From positions 64,001 through 128,000 of the forward strand of contig JAZDKB010000019.1 in assembly GCA_043803405.1 (NCBI GenBank): DNA of 64,000 bases, given 5' to 3'. The notes under the pieces are model-generated. The model saw only the letters and a program-made list of their open reading frames with translations, searched no databases and was not told the origin of the DNA. A program made the translations under genes and the position numbers. Origin of the DNA: Spirochaetota bacterium (GTDB lineage: Bacteria; Spirochaetota; UBA4802; JAFGDQ01). This document shows positions 8,543 through 18,508 of this stretch, in pieces; the stretch's first letter is position 1; every line of letters starts with the position of its first letter.

Positions 8543-9463
8543 CTATCCTTTTGGTTTCCTGACATAATTGGCAGTCAGAATGCCGCATACAATCAGTGCC
8601 ATGCTGAGGATGCTGATAATTCTGAACTGCTCATCCAGAAAAAGATAAGCGGAAATACCCGTGAACACGGGAATCATGTAGTAAATCAATGCTGATTTGG
8701 ATGGACCTACAATAAGTATAGCCTTGTTCCACATAAAAAACGCCACCAGAGAGCCGAGTACACCGGAATAAAGCACTGCAAGTATCGTTGAACTGTCAAC
8801 TATTACAGCCTTGTAGCAGAAATGCTCCCAGATATAAAACGGTAAAACGTAAATTATCCCCAGTGCAAAGGTGGAGAAAAGAAAAGTATATAGGTGCATA
8901 GCAGCCGGCTTTTTTTTCACCAGCACACTGTAAAGCGCAAAGGCACATGCCGCGAAGAACATCCATACATCTCCTATGGCAAATGTGAGATTCATCAGCC
9001 TGCTGAGCGACCCGCCCGTAATGAGCAGTATTACCCCGCTAACTGCAAGAAGTATCCCAGCGACTTTCTTTAAGGTAATTGATTCGCCGAATAGTATGCG
9101 GGCAAAGAGTATTATAAATATAGGAGAAGAAATTGCTATAAGAGAGAGGTTAATGGCCGTTGTGGTGCGGCCTGCCACATACATAAGGATGTTAAATAAA
9201 GTCACGCCTATGAAAGCGGTTATAGAGAGATAAACAAAATGTTTTTTAATTAAAGCCCGGTCTGCAATAACAGGTCTTATGGCAAATGGCACAAAGACAA
9301 GTACCGCGATAAACCACCGCCAGAATGTGAGGCCGACAGGAGGAATGTGCTGGCTTAGCCCACGAGCAATGATAAAATTACCGGACCAGATAAGAGTTGC
9401 GGCTACAGCGAGAAGATAGCCTGTCATTGCGGCAGGTTGCGGTTTAAATGATGTCTCAGCCAT
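8543..9463 (-). CDS. DMT/EamA-family permease
   Basis: LIWSGNFIIAR, TFWRW and about 10 hydrophobic segments in two EamA repeats. Start moved to ATG 9463, which follows a GGAGG RBS. Confidence 0.9.
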   Translation of the reverse strand: MAETSFKPQPAAMTGYLLAVAATLIWSGNFIIARGLSQHIPPVGLTFWRWFIAVLVFVPFAIRPVIADRALIKKHFVYLSITAFIGVTLFNILMYVAGRTTTAINLSLIAISSPIFIILFARILFGESITLKKVAGILLAVSGVILLITGGSLSRLMNLTFAIGDVWMFFAACAFALYSVLVKKKPAAMHLYTFLFSTFALGIIYVLPFYIWEHFCYKAVIVDSSTILAVLYSGVLGSLVAFFMWNKAILIVGPSKSALIYYMIPVFTGISAYLFLDEQFRIISILSMALIVCGILTANYVRKPKG

Positions 9464-9742
9464 TTCCAGTGAACCTCCCCGAAAAGTTATAAGCCATTTG
9501 TCCGGCAACAGCCCACTGAGATGAATATCAATGGGAATTCTTCTTAAAGTCAATCCGATTTAAATTACTTTTGCATAAAAAATAATGGGAAGGTTGGGTG
9601 GAGAGAAATAATAAAGTGAATCGATTGTAAAGTTAAGAAGACAAAGTTTAAAAAAAGTAAACCTGCGGATGCGCTAAAAAGCAACAGAACGGAATATTGA
9701 TAATTTACTTATATTTAATTTATAATTAAACAGTTATTATAC

Positions 9743-9786
9743 TTGACAAATTTATGACCGGTGGTCATAAATTTGACTTACGGTCA
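9743..9786 (+). promoter_or_regulatory. Promoter overlapped by two TetR-type operators (TGAC-N5-GTCA)
   Basis: TTGACA at 9743-9748. Perfect palindrome CAAATTTATGACC-GGT-GGTCATAAATTTG at 9747-9775. Second site TGACTTACGGTCA at 9774-9786. Confidence 0.8.
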
Positions 9787-9818
9787 GTGTGTTAAGAATT
9801 TTTTTGGGGTTTCATGCA

Positions 9819-10514
9819 TTGGGCATTAAAGAACGCAAAGAACGCGAAAAAGAGCAGCGCCGCGAACACATCATTAATATAAGCGAGAGGCTTTTTGTTA
9901 AAAAAGACTTTGATGCAATCACTATGGACGAAATCGCGAGGGAAGGCGAGCTGAGCAAAGGCGCATTATATCTTTCTTTTAAAAGTAAAGAAGAAATTTT
10001 TTTGAATATTATTTATAAGGCAACAGCATTGCTTTATGATATATATGTGGATGCGGTAGCAAAGTCGGATAATCCGATCTTCAAACTGCGCGGTATGGGA
10101 GAAGGTTATATCGCCTTTTATGATAAATATCCTGAATATTTTAAACTGCTGAATAAGATTCATAATCATAAAATAAATTATTCAAAGCCCAAAGCCGGGA
10201 CAAAAGAGATCGGAAAAAAAATCATCGGTAAAACCAGTGATATCTGGAAGCTATCACAGACTATTATAGAAGATGGTATAAAAAAAGGAATTTTTAAAAA
10301 ACAGACCGATCCACAGGAAATCGCGGTAAGCCTGTGGGCAATGTCAACAATGTTCATCGGTTTACTGGACCATTTAAAGAGTTATGATCATTCACATATT
10401 AAGGATATCCCGTTTAATAAACTGGATATTAAAAAACTTTTAATAATAAACGGCAGGCGGATAATATTTTCGATATTAAAGAATCCGCCTAAAGATATTG
10501 AATCATTAAAATGA
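9819..10514 (+). CDS. TetR/AcrR-family transcriptional regulator
   Basis: HTH region ITMDEIAREGELSKGALYLSFKSKEEI. Likely TTG start at 9819 giving MGIKERKEREKE. Confidence 0.9.
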   Translation: MGIKERKEREKEQRREHIINISERLFVKKDFDAITMDEIAREGELSKGALYLSFKSKEEIFLNIIYKATALLYDIYVDAVAKSDNPIFKLRGMGEGYIAFYDKYPEYFKLLNKIHNHKINYSKPKAGTKEIGKKIIGKTSDIWKLSQTIIEDGIKKGIFKKQTDPQEIAVSLWAMSTMFIGLLDHLKSYDHSHIKDIPFNKLDIKKLLIINGRRIIFSILKNPPKDIESLK

Positions 10515-10559
10515 GTTTTAACATTTTATGCTGAAAAAAAATAATTACCGGAGAATACA

Positions 10560-11234
10560 ATGAATATAATAGAAATAAAAGGTTTAATAAAGGATTATCC
10601 CCTTGGGGAAACGACAGTACATGCGTTAAGGGGAGTGGATCTTAAAATACGCGAAGGCGAGTTTATGAGCATTGTTGGGCCATCGGGAAGCGGCAAGACA
10701 ACTCTGCTTAACGTGATCGGGTGCATAGACTTCGCGACCGAGGGAAGCGTTAAAGTACATGGTACCGAGATTACTGCTTTAAGCGACCGTGAAGTAACGG
10801 ATCTCCGGCTTAATAAAATCGGGTTCATTTTCCAGACATTTAATCTTATTCCTGTGCTGAATGTAACAGAAAACGTGGAGTTCCCGCTTCTGCTGATGAA
10901 GAATCAGTCAAAGGCAGAAGTTACAAAGAGAGCGGAAAAGCTCATAAACGAGGTTGGCTTAAGCGAGTACGCGGTGCACCGTCCCGCGGAGCTTTCGGGC
11001 GGCCAGCGCCAGCGCGTCGCCATTGCACGCGCGCTCGTGACTAATCCCGACATTGTGCTTGCGGACGAACCTACAGCAAACCTGGACTCTGTTACAGGCG
11101 CGCAGATACTGGAGCTTATGAAAAAGATGAACAAGATCGAAAAGACAACATTTATTTTTTCAACTCACGATGAGCATGTATTAAAGTACGCCAAAAATAT
11201 TGTAAAAATAAAAGACGGATTACTTGAGGGCTAA
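10560..11234 (+). CDS. ABC transporter ATPase, LolD/MacB-type
   Basis: GPSGSGKTT, LSGGQRQRVAIARAL, LADEPTANLD, STHD. Confidence 0.95.
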   Translation: MNIIEIKGLIKDYPLGETTVHALRGVDLKIREGEFMSIVGPSGSGKTTLLNVIGCIDFATEGSVKVHGTEITALSDREVTDLRLNKIGFIFQTFNLIPVLNVTENVEFPLLLMKNQSKAEVTKRAEKLINEVGLSEYAVHRPAELSGGQRQRVAIARALVTNPDIVLADEPTANLDSVTGAQILELMKKMNKIEKTTFIFSTHDEHVLKYAKNIVKIKDGLLEG

Positions 11235-11238
11235 CCCG

Positions 11239-12768
11239 ATGGGACTAATATTAAAAATCGCGTGGAGAAACATAAAAAGGCACAGAGGCAAAAGCCTGAT
11301 AATTGGCGTAATACTTTTCCTGGGTGCTCTGTTGATGACCCTCGGCAACGGCGTTATTTCCGGTATGAACAAAGGGCTGGAATCCAACATTATAAACGGA
11401 TTCATGGGCGACATAGCAATTATTTCCGGTAAAGAGAAATCGGATAATATTTTATTTAAACTATATGGTGAATCCATTAATACAATTCCCGATTACAAAG
11501 CAATTAAGAATGTACTGGGCCAAGAGAAGTACATTGAATCTTTTTTGCCTGTAGGGAAAAATGTTGTTATGGTGCTTAACGAGGATGAGGGCGATCCGTG
11601 GTATATATATCTCCTGGGAGTTGACTTCAAAGAATATAAAAAAATGTTTAAGGATAATATTCTTCCCATTGAAGGGAGACTTCTGAATTATGATGAGCCG
11701 GGAATATTGATACCTGTTAAGATGCGTGATGAGTTGTATTACCGCATGAATATATGGATGATTCCGGAAAAGATTAAACTCTCGGAAAAAAATCTTTCAG
11801 AAGAAGCGAAGCCGTACAAGAACGAATTGTCGGTTAAACACGACGCTGTGTTTATGGGACTTAAAGACGACTCGTCTGCTTCGGATATCCGCCTTGGCAT
11901 TAAAGGCGTTATTAAATACCGCGCGCTCAACACTTTCTGGGGGCATTTCAGCATAGTCGATATTGAATCGTACAGGAATGCTATGGGATACTTCTCTGCG
12001 TCCGAAGTTACAGTTAAAATCCCAAAAGCCAAAGAGAAGCTTCTTGCGGCAGAGACGGAAAATCTTGATGCAATGTTCGGCAGGGATTCTTTTTTAGTAA
12101 CAGATACAGGGTCGTCCGATGCCGGTAAAATCGACTTTAAGAAAAAAGCGCTTACTACCAAGGCCGGGATTGACCTCGAAAGCGGGGCATATAACTGCGT
12201 ATTCATAAAACTGAAAGACAGCGGGACGCTGGACAAATCGGTTGATTCTATTAACGCAAAATTCAAGCAGGCAGGCATTGATGTACGCGCAGTAACATGG
12301 AAAAAGGCATCCGGATTTATCGGCAACATGGCAGTGATAATCAAAGGAGCGCTGTTCATATTTGTCATGATGCTTTTTCTGGTGGCAATAGTCATTATTG
12401 TTAATACTCTCACTATGGCTGCTGTGGAGCGCACAACAGAAATAGGCATGATGCGCGCAGTTGGAGCGCGCAAGAGTTTCATAAGCGGGATGTTCATAGG
12501 CGAAACCGCGATATTGTCCGGGATTTTCGGCGGGGCAGGCGTTGTTATTGGTATAGTTATCATTTACATTGTTCCGATGATGGGCATTACTACAGCGAAC
12601 GATCTGCTTCAGCTTTTGTACGGCGGGGATACGCTTAAACCTTATCTTTCATTCAGCGATGTATTGCTTGTTATGATGCAGCTTGTGCTTGTTACAATAT
12701 TTACGGTTATTTATCCTATTAAAGTTGCCAAAGGCATTACTCCCCTTGACGCGATCGCAAGGGAGTAA
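11239..12768 (+). CDS. ABC transporter permease, FtsX/LolE/MacB-type
   Basis: KIAWRNI N-terminus, large periplasmic domain, ERTTEIGMMRAVGA and three C-terminal TM segments. ATG at 11239. Confidence 0.9.
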   Translation: MGLILKIAWRNIKRHRGKSLIIGVILFLGALLMTLGNGVISGMNKGLESNIINGFMGDIAIISGKEKSDNILFKLYGESINTIPDYKAIKNVLGQEKYIESFLPVGKNVVMVLNEDEGDPWYIYLLGVDFKEYKKMFKDNILPIEGRLLNYDEPGILIPVKMRDELYYRMNIWMIPEKIKLSEKNLSEEAKPYKNELSVKHDAVFMGLKDDSSASDIRLGIKGVIKYRALNTFWGHFSIVDIESYRNAMGYFSASEVTVKIPKAKEKLLAAETENLDAMFGRDSFLVTDTGSSDAGKIDFKKKALTTKAGIDLESGAYNCVFIKLKDSGTLDKSVDSINAKFKQAGIDVRAVTWKKASGFIGNMAVIIKGALFIFVMMLFLVAIVIIVNTLTMAAVERTTEIGMMRAVGARKSFISGMFIGETAILSGIFGGAGVVIGIVIIYIVPMMGITTANDLLQLLYGGDTLKPYLSFSDVLLVMMQLVLVTIFTVIYPIKVAKGITPLDAIARE

Positions 12769-12783
12769 GGAGACTGACACTAT

Positions 12784-14553
12784 ATGAAATTTCTTTTAAC
12801 TATTAGTTTGCGCAACCTTCTGAGACAAAAACGCAGGAACATTTTCCTTGGATCTGCCATGGCTTTCGGCGTAATGATACTGATCATAGCGAATTCGTTC
12901 TCGCATGGTATTTCCGATATCATGTTCAACAAGATAGTAGTTTATATGACAGGCCATGTAGGGATCAATATGAACGAAGGCAGCGGAAAAAGAGTAATGA
13001 TATTCCGCGATAAAGAGCGGCTTATGGATATCATTCATAAGAATACCGATAAGGATAAAGTCGAAGGCGTTGAGGAAGCAGTGGGAGTTTTCAGCAGGGC
13101 GATCGGTAACGGTAAAGCAGACAATGTTGTTATTGTAGGCATTGATATGTCGAAGCAATATACGCCAAAGCAGTTAAAGGAATATGACGAATCGTTTCAT
13201 ATAGTGGAGGGTTCTTATGCAAATCTTAAACGTAAGGATATTGAGAACCCACTTATCCTGTCCGGGCAGAAAGCCGACTCAATGAACCTTAAGATGAACG
13301 ACCTGATACGCATCAGGTACAGGAATGTTTTCGGACAGGACCAGGCTGCCCGCGCTACTATAGTAGGAATTATATCAAACGATAATATATTTATGCAGGG
13401 CGTAATGTTTGTTGAATTGCAGAATATTAAAAAGCTGATGGGCTTTAAGGAGCATGAAAGCGGGAACGTTCACTTAAACCTGAAGGACCCGGCGCGGGAC
13501 GCTGTTGAGATCGCGGACAGGCTGCACAAAGCCATGAAGCCTGGCCGCGCGTTTATTGTCGCTGATGTAAAAGCCGCAGGAAAGGCAAAGGCGACTATTC
13601 TGCCTTTTATGGCAGACAATGATTCAAAGAAAACAATGAGGGAGTCGTTTAAACTAGCTTCCGGGAAGATGGACGATGTGCTTTCAAAGGACGGTGTAAT
13701 GATTAGCCGGAAGCTTGCCGGCGCGCTTGGCGTGCGCCCGGGGTCAAAGCTTACGGTTGCATATAAACCGAAATTCGGTCATAAAGACGCGTCGTTTTCT
13801 TTTAAAATCAACGGCATATTCAAAGATACTCCGGCTGCAGGGAACAGCACCATATACATGCATGAATCGCTGTTCTATAAGAATTATTATGAGAATATTC
13901 CGGATGTTGCAAGAGACATAGATAAGGCATTTTTACCGAAGGCTGATGTTCCGTTTTACAAAGCTCTGGGCAATGAGTGGGTGCTGCTGGACAGGACTGC
14001 GACAACAGACGACGCGAAAAAGAAGGATGCCGCAATAGCAAAGAAAAAAATAAAAGCAGCTACTGTTGACGTAAACACAATGTACGAAACAGCGAGCGAT
14101 GTACTTAAGCTTGAAGGCGCGCTTAACCTTATTACGCTTGTTGCGGTGCTGATATTGTTTTTCATAATAGTGCTCGGCGTCATAAACACGCTGCGCATGA
14201 CCATACGGGAACGCACGCGCGAGATAGGTACAATACGCGCCATAGGTATGCAGAGCAAAGACGTTGGCTCGATATTTATACTTGAAACAATATCGCTGAC
14301 GTTCATTGCTGCAATCGGCGGCGCGATTCTTTCCTTTGTTGTAATGTGGCTGTTATCTTTAATTACGTTTAATGTAAGTGATAATCCTATGGGAATGCTG
14401 CTCCTGAACCGGCATCTTCACTTTTTGCCGACATTCGGAGGAGTGCTCTTCAACATAATTCTGATAATAGTGATAGCTGCCGCAACTGCATTTTTCCCTG
14501 CAAGAAGGGCAGCGAAGATGTCGGCAGCAGAAGCACTAAGGCATTATGAATAA
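12784..14553 (+). CDS. ABC transporter permease, FtsX/LolE/MacB-type, with an enlarged periplasmic region
   Basis: ISLRNLLRQKRR, ERTREIGTIRAIG, PARRAAKMSAAEALR. Confidence 0.9.
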   Translation: MKFLLTISLRNLLRQKRRNIFLGSAMAFGVMILIIANSFSHGISDIMFNKIVVYMTGHVGINMNEGSGKRVMIFRDKERLMDIIHKNTDKDKVEGVEEAVGVFSRAIGNGKADNVVIVGIDMSKQYTPKQLKEYDESFHIVEGSYANLKRKDIENPLILSGQKADSMNLKMNDLIRIRYRNVFGQDQAARATIVGIISNDNIFMQGVMFVELQNIKKLMGFKEHESGNVHLNLKDPARDAVEIADRLHKAMKPGRAFIVADVKAAGKAKATILPFMADNDSKKTMRESFKLASGKMDDVLSKDGVMISRKLAGALGVRPGSKLTVAYKPKFGHKDASFSFKINGIFKDTPAAGNSTIYMHESLFYKNYYENIPDVARDIDKAFLPKADVPFYKALGNEWVLLDRTATTDDAKKKDAAIAKKKIKAATVDVNTMYETASDVLKLEGALNLITLVAVLILFFIIVLGVINTLRMTIRERTREIGTIRAIGMQSKDVGSIFILETISLTFIAAIGGAILSFVVMWLLSLITFNVSDNPMGMLLLNRHLHFLPTFGGVLFNIILIIVIAAATAFFPARRAAKMSAAEALRHYE

Positions 14554-14685
14554 AAATCTTTGATTTAAAATACTTTTTAATTCAAAATCATGTGGTGAAA
14601 GCACTAGCACACTGTCATATTCGATTTTAGTGGTTAATAGTGCCAAAATTGAAATACATATTTTAAAAACCTGGAGACGTAGGAC

Positions 14686-15474
14686 ATGAAACAAAAGAAA
14701 AACAAATTATTAATATCATACATATTATTTTTTATTTTTATTACGGCCGGTTCAAAAGAGATATCTGCTGCCCCGCCTGTATCCGAGCTTATGAAAAAGA
14801 TCGAATATATAATGGAGATCACGACGGATGTGCGGGCAAGGGTCGAGATAACGCAGCAGAAGGTCGACCAGGGAATGAAAAAGATAGACATGATATATTA
14901 CCGTCGCGACTCGGACGATTCGTTTCTGATAGTAATGGTTGGGCCGGAATCGGACAAGGGTAACGGCTACCTTCGGGTCGGAGAGAACTTCTGGATGTAC
15001 AGGCGCAATACAAGGACTTTCCAGCACATAAACAGGGACGAGAACATAGGCGGCACGAACGCCCGCGGCCAGGATTTCGAAAAGCGCAAGCTGACCGAGC
15101 TGTACGAGCCTGCAAAAGGCGCTGACGGCAGGGATATTTTTAAGGAAGAAATGCTGGGGCAGATACCGGTATACAAATTTGACATAAACGCGAAAGTAAA
15201 TGACGTCGATTATCCTAAAAAGACTTACTGGATCAGGAAGGATAATTTTCTTCCGTTAAAGGAGCAGTCATTTTCGCTTTCCGGCACTCTTATGCAGACC
15301 GCGTATTTCAGAAAGTATACGATAATTGACGGCCGCTATGTCTGGATCGAATCGCTCTTTATAGATGAGTTTGAAAAAGGAAACAAGAGCCTTGTGGAGA
15401 TCTCCGGAATATCGACACAGAAGCTTGAGAACCATCTTTTTACAAAACCGTATCTTGAAAATCTGAGCAAGTAA
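14686..15474 (+). CDS. Outer-membrane lipoprotein-sorting protein (LolA-like)
   Basis: Signal peptide, PESDKGNGYLRVGENFWMY, YPKKTYWIRK, and position after LolD/E-type genes. Confidence 0.8.
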   Translation: MKQKKNKLLISYILFFIFITAGSKEISAAPPVSELMKKIEYIMEITTDVRARVEITQQKVDQGMKKIDMIYYRRDSDDSFLIVMVGPESDKGNGYLRVGENFWMYRRNTRTFQHINRDENIGGTNARGQDFEKRKLTELYEPAKGADGRDIFKEEMLGQIPVYKFDINAKVNDVDYPKKTYWIRKDNFLPLKEQSFSLSGTLMQTAYFRKYTIIDGRYVWIESLFIDEFEKGNKSLVEISGISTQKLENHLFTKPYLENLSK

Positions 15475-15486
15475 ACGGGGATATTG

Positions 15487-16848
15487 ATGAAATGTAATAT
15501 ATTGCTTTTTATTATTCTATTCTGCCTTTGCACTCCGCTTTATGGGCAGGATAAATTCGAAGCGAACGAGGATCAGTATTTTTCGAATCCGGATGCGACT
15601 GTTGAAAAAAAGAATCCCATGAATGCCGAACTCGACAAAACAGACAGTAAAAAGTCTGTCGGGATATCGGGTGAGATACTGAGCGTGTTCCCTTATACGG
15701 TTACGCGGGATTATGTGTTTAAGAATAATGATGAAAATAACTCGCTCGATCCGTATATGTACGGAAACCTCGCGTTCGACGCAAGGCTCACCGGCAATTA
15801 CAAGGGATTCGCAAACCTTGATCTTGAATATCATCCGGATACTAAAACAACAGATGCGGATGTGCGCGAGATATTTGTGGATTTCAATTATGTAAAAAGC
15901 GTTTACTTTAGGGCAGGCAAGCAGGTGCTTAAATGGGGGCGTTGTTATTTGTGGAATCCGACGGATGTCATTAACATCGAGAAGTCAGCCTTTATAGACC
16001 GCGTGCGCGCCCAGGAAGGAACCTACGGTTTAAAAATGACCATCCCTTTCGGCACCTCGGTAAATATTTACGGCTTTGCTGATATGAATAATAGCGAAAA
16101 CGGCGACAATGTAGGCGGAGCAGGCAAGCTGGAGTTCCTTATCGGCAATTCGGAAATGGCTTTTTCGGCATGGGCGAAGAAGGGATATCATCCTGTGGCA
16201 GGTTACGATTTTTCTACCAGGATATTCGGCTGGGACCTTGTGGGAGAGGCTACGGGTTCGTATGGCAGCAATACACGCAAGATAAGAGTCGTGGATGGCG
16301 GTATATACGGACCAACATTGGAGACATACAGAGAAGAAGATAAATTTATTCCAAAGGCTGCAATAGATTTCGGCAGGGAGTTCGACGGCCGCGATATTTC
16401 GAAAAGATATTCGCTTAAGTTCGAGTTCTTCTATAACGGAGCAGGCTATGCGGATGATAGTTTTTTAAGGGATACATCTGAGTATATATTTGATAAGCCG
16501 GTAACAATTGAAGATACGGAAGGAGTTAAACATATAATTCCCGGCGGCACAAAGGCGGCCTACCTGGCAGGAAGCGGCACATATGAACCGAATTATTTTT
16601 CCAGATATTATGCAGCGATATTCACAAGTGTAAAACAAATATTTGTGAGCGAACTCACATTAAACATCAATGGCATTATGAATATCTCCGATTATTCTTT
16701 TATACTATCAACCGGTCTGTCTTATCAGAATATAAATGATTTCAAAGCCGGGCTTACAGTGTATACATTTATAGGCAAAGAAAACCGGGAATACACGTTC
16801 TCCGGAAATGCTGCGAGCATTCTGCTTACGGCAGGCATTATTTTTTAA
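15487..16848 (+). CDS. Predicted outer-membrane beta-barrel protein
   Basis: Signal peptide, REIFVDF...FRAGKQVLKWG...NPTDVIN, alternating beta pattern and a C-terminal Phe. Confidence 0.7.
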   Translation: MKCNILLFIILFCLCTPLYGQDKFEANEDQYFSNPDATVEKKNPMNAELDKTDSKKSVGISGEILSVFPYTVTRDYVFKNNDENNSLDPYMYGNLAFDARLTGNYKGFANLDLEYHPDTKTTDADVREIFVDFNYVKSVYFRAGKQVLKWGRCYLWNPTDVINIEKSAFIDRVRAQEGTYGLKMTIPFGTSVNIYGFADMNNSENGDNVGGAGKLEFLIGNSEMAFSAWAKKGYHPVAGYDFSTRIFGWDLVGEATGSYGSNTRKIRVVDGGIYGPTLETYREEDKFIPKAAIDFGREFDGRDISKRYSLKFEFFYNGAGYADDSFLRDTSEYIFDKPVTIEDTEGVKHIIPGGTKAAYLAGSGTYEPNYFSRYYAAIFTSVKQIFVSELTLNINGIMNISDYSFILSTGLSYQNINDFKAGLTVYTFIGKENREYTFSGNAASILLTAGIIF

Positions 16849-16953
16849 TATATTTTTAATTTTTAATTATAAAAAACAAATAAAATATTGACAAATAACC
16901 AAAATTTTGAAATAGTATACTAAATCAGCAGCGTTAAACTATTTTAATGAATA

Positions 16954-17259
16954 ATGCCAATGGATAATGTTAAAGCAATAATACTGGTCTTTTTTGTTAT
17001 TTCTTTTTTCTTTTTTATCATAGCTTTGGCCACAATTGCCTTTCTTCAGAAAAAAAATAAAACTGTGTCTGAGAGAGTATCAAGCGACAGAAGAATGTCG
17101 GATAGAAGGCAGGGAGAACGAAGGTCCGAGAGAATCGAAGCAGGGAGAAGGGCCAGCGATCGCCGGGCACTTGAAAGAAGGATCAAGGAAGGAACTATCT
17201 TTGACAGAAGAAATATACTGGAAGGTTTAACCGCGAATCTTTCCAGGGCAACTGGTTAA
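16954..17259 (+). CDS. Small single-TM protein with tandem (D/E)RR / RxxxR repeats
   Basis: N-terminal TM followed by SDRRMSDRRQGERRS...GRRASDRRALERR...DRR. TTGACA upstream at 16888. Confidence 0.7.
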   Translation: MPMDNVKAIILVFFVISFFFFIIALATIAFLQKKNKTVSERVSSDRRMSDRRQGERRSERIEAGRRASDRRALERRIKEGTIFDRRNILEGLTANLSRATG

Positions 17260-17263
17260 TATT

Positions 17264-18502
17264 TCAGAATATAACTCCTGTTGCTTTATCAATATCCCGC
17301 AATATTTTTTCAAGAGTATTAATACTTTTTAAACTTAATCCGCGTTTATCTTTTATCATATTTAACTTTTTTAGTTTTAAAAACACACCGTCAATTGCCG
17401 CGTTAAAATCAAGATCGTTATCCATATTATTTTTAAATTCGGTTTTTATCATGTCTATCAATTCTGATGATTCAGTGTCAATTCCTCGGATAATATTAAT
17501 TTTTTTCAGAATATTCTGAATTAGTGATCTTATGGAATCGATATACGCGCTTGTTAAATTAAACTTTTCCCATGTAAAATATGATTTTTTTCTGTAATGC
17601 CTGTAAAGAAGGAAAAATCGTAAATGATATGGGCTGTATTTTTTTCTGAATACATCATCCGGGTAAATGATGTTTCCCCTGCTTTTTGACATGGATTTGC
17701 CGTTTACAATAAGATGCTCGCCGTGAAGATAATAATTCGCGTAATCACTTCCGGATATCGATTCAATGATCGCAATAGTATAATCATGATGCCTGTAAAT
17801 ATTGTCTATTCCGCCGCAATTGATGTCGATTTTATATCCCAGATCTTTTGTAATTACTGCGGGGTCCTGAATATTCCACGACGGCCATCCTCTTCCGATT
17901 TCTGTATCCCAGGCAGCCATGTCTCCCTCATTGTATCCATGCCATAAAATAAAATCACCCAGATTCCAGCGCCTTCCGTTGTATGTGTCTTTTTTAAACC
18001 GCCTTTTTTGTTTGGGCCAGCGGCTCATGTCCAGTCTGAAAAGTTTGCCGAAATCCCTGAATTTGAGCGCGTCGAAGAATATATCTCCTTTATGTCTGTA
18101 GGCGATGCCTTTTTCCATAAGCAGTTTTATCAGAACCGCAGCCTGTTTAATTGCGGTAGAAGATCGCGGGACAGGATCAGGCAGTTTTATTTTCAGCAGT
18201 TTTGCTTCCATTAAAAATTTTTCGGCCGCCTTATCCGTCAGATCGCTGACAGTTTTTTTGTTTTTTGCAGCTTCGCTTATGGATTTATTTTCTACATCCG
18301 TCAGAATTATCGAACGCTTAACTTTATATCCGCTATATTCCAGGTATCTCAGCAAAAGGTCTTCGTAAAGGAAAGTCCTGTAATTCCCGATATGCGGCTG
18401 CTGATAAATTGAAGGGCCGCATGAGAATATTTTAACAATTTTTGGATCCATTGGTTTAAAGATTTCAATGGATCTGGTCATTGAATTGAATAATCTTAGC
18501 AT
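17264..18502 (-). CDS. Cysteinyl-tRNA synthetase-like paralogue with a divergent active site and a short C-terminus
   Basis: CGPSIY..PHIGN, DFILW, GGID and SMSKSRGN. WHIEC is replaced by WNIQD and PHHENE by RHHDYT. Confidence 0.8.
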   Translation of the reverse strand: MLRLFNSMTRSIEIFKPMDPKIVKIFSCGPSIYQQPHIGNYRTFLYEDLLLRYLEYSGYKVKRSIILTDVENKSISEAAKNKKTVSDLTDKAAEKFLMEAKLLKIKLPDPVPRSSTAIKQAAVLIKLLMEKGIAYRHKGDIFFDALKFRDFGKLFRLDMSRWPKQKRRFKKDTYNGRRWNLGDFILWHGYNEGDMAAWDTEIGRGWPSWNIQDPAVITKDLGYKIDINCGGIDNIYRHHDYTIAIIESISGSDYANYYLHGEHLIVNGKSMSKSRGNIIYPDDVFRKKYSPYHLRFFLLYRHYRKKSYFTWEKFNLTSAYIDSIRSLIQNILKKINIIRGIDTESSELIDMIKTEFKNNMDNDLDFNAAIDGVFLKLKKLNMIKDKRGLSLKSINTLEKILRDIDKATGVIF

Positions 18503-18508
18503 GGGGTA

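Noticed and set aside
14581..14653. c-di-GMP-II riboswitch-like stem (GCACTA/TAGTGC) inside the ABC operon
   Set aside because: Lacks the GGGCAC and GCAACCG conserved segments; at most an intra-operon hairpin.
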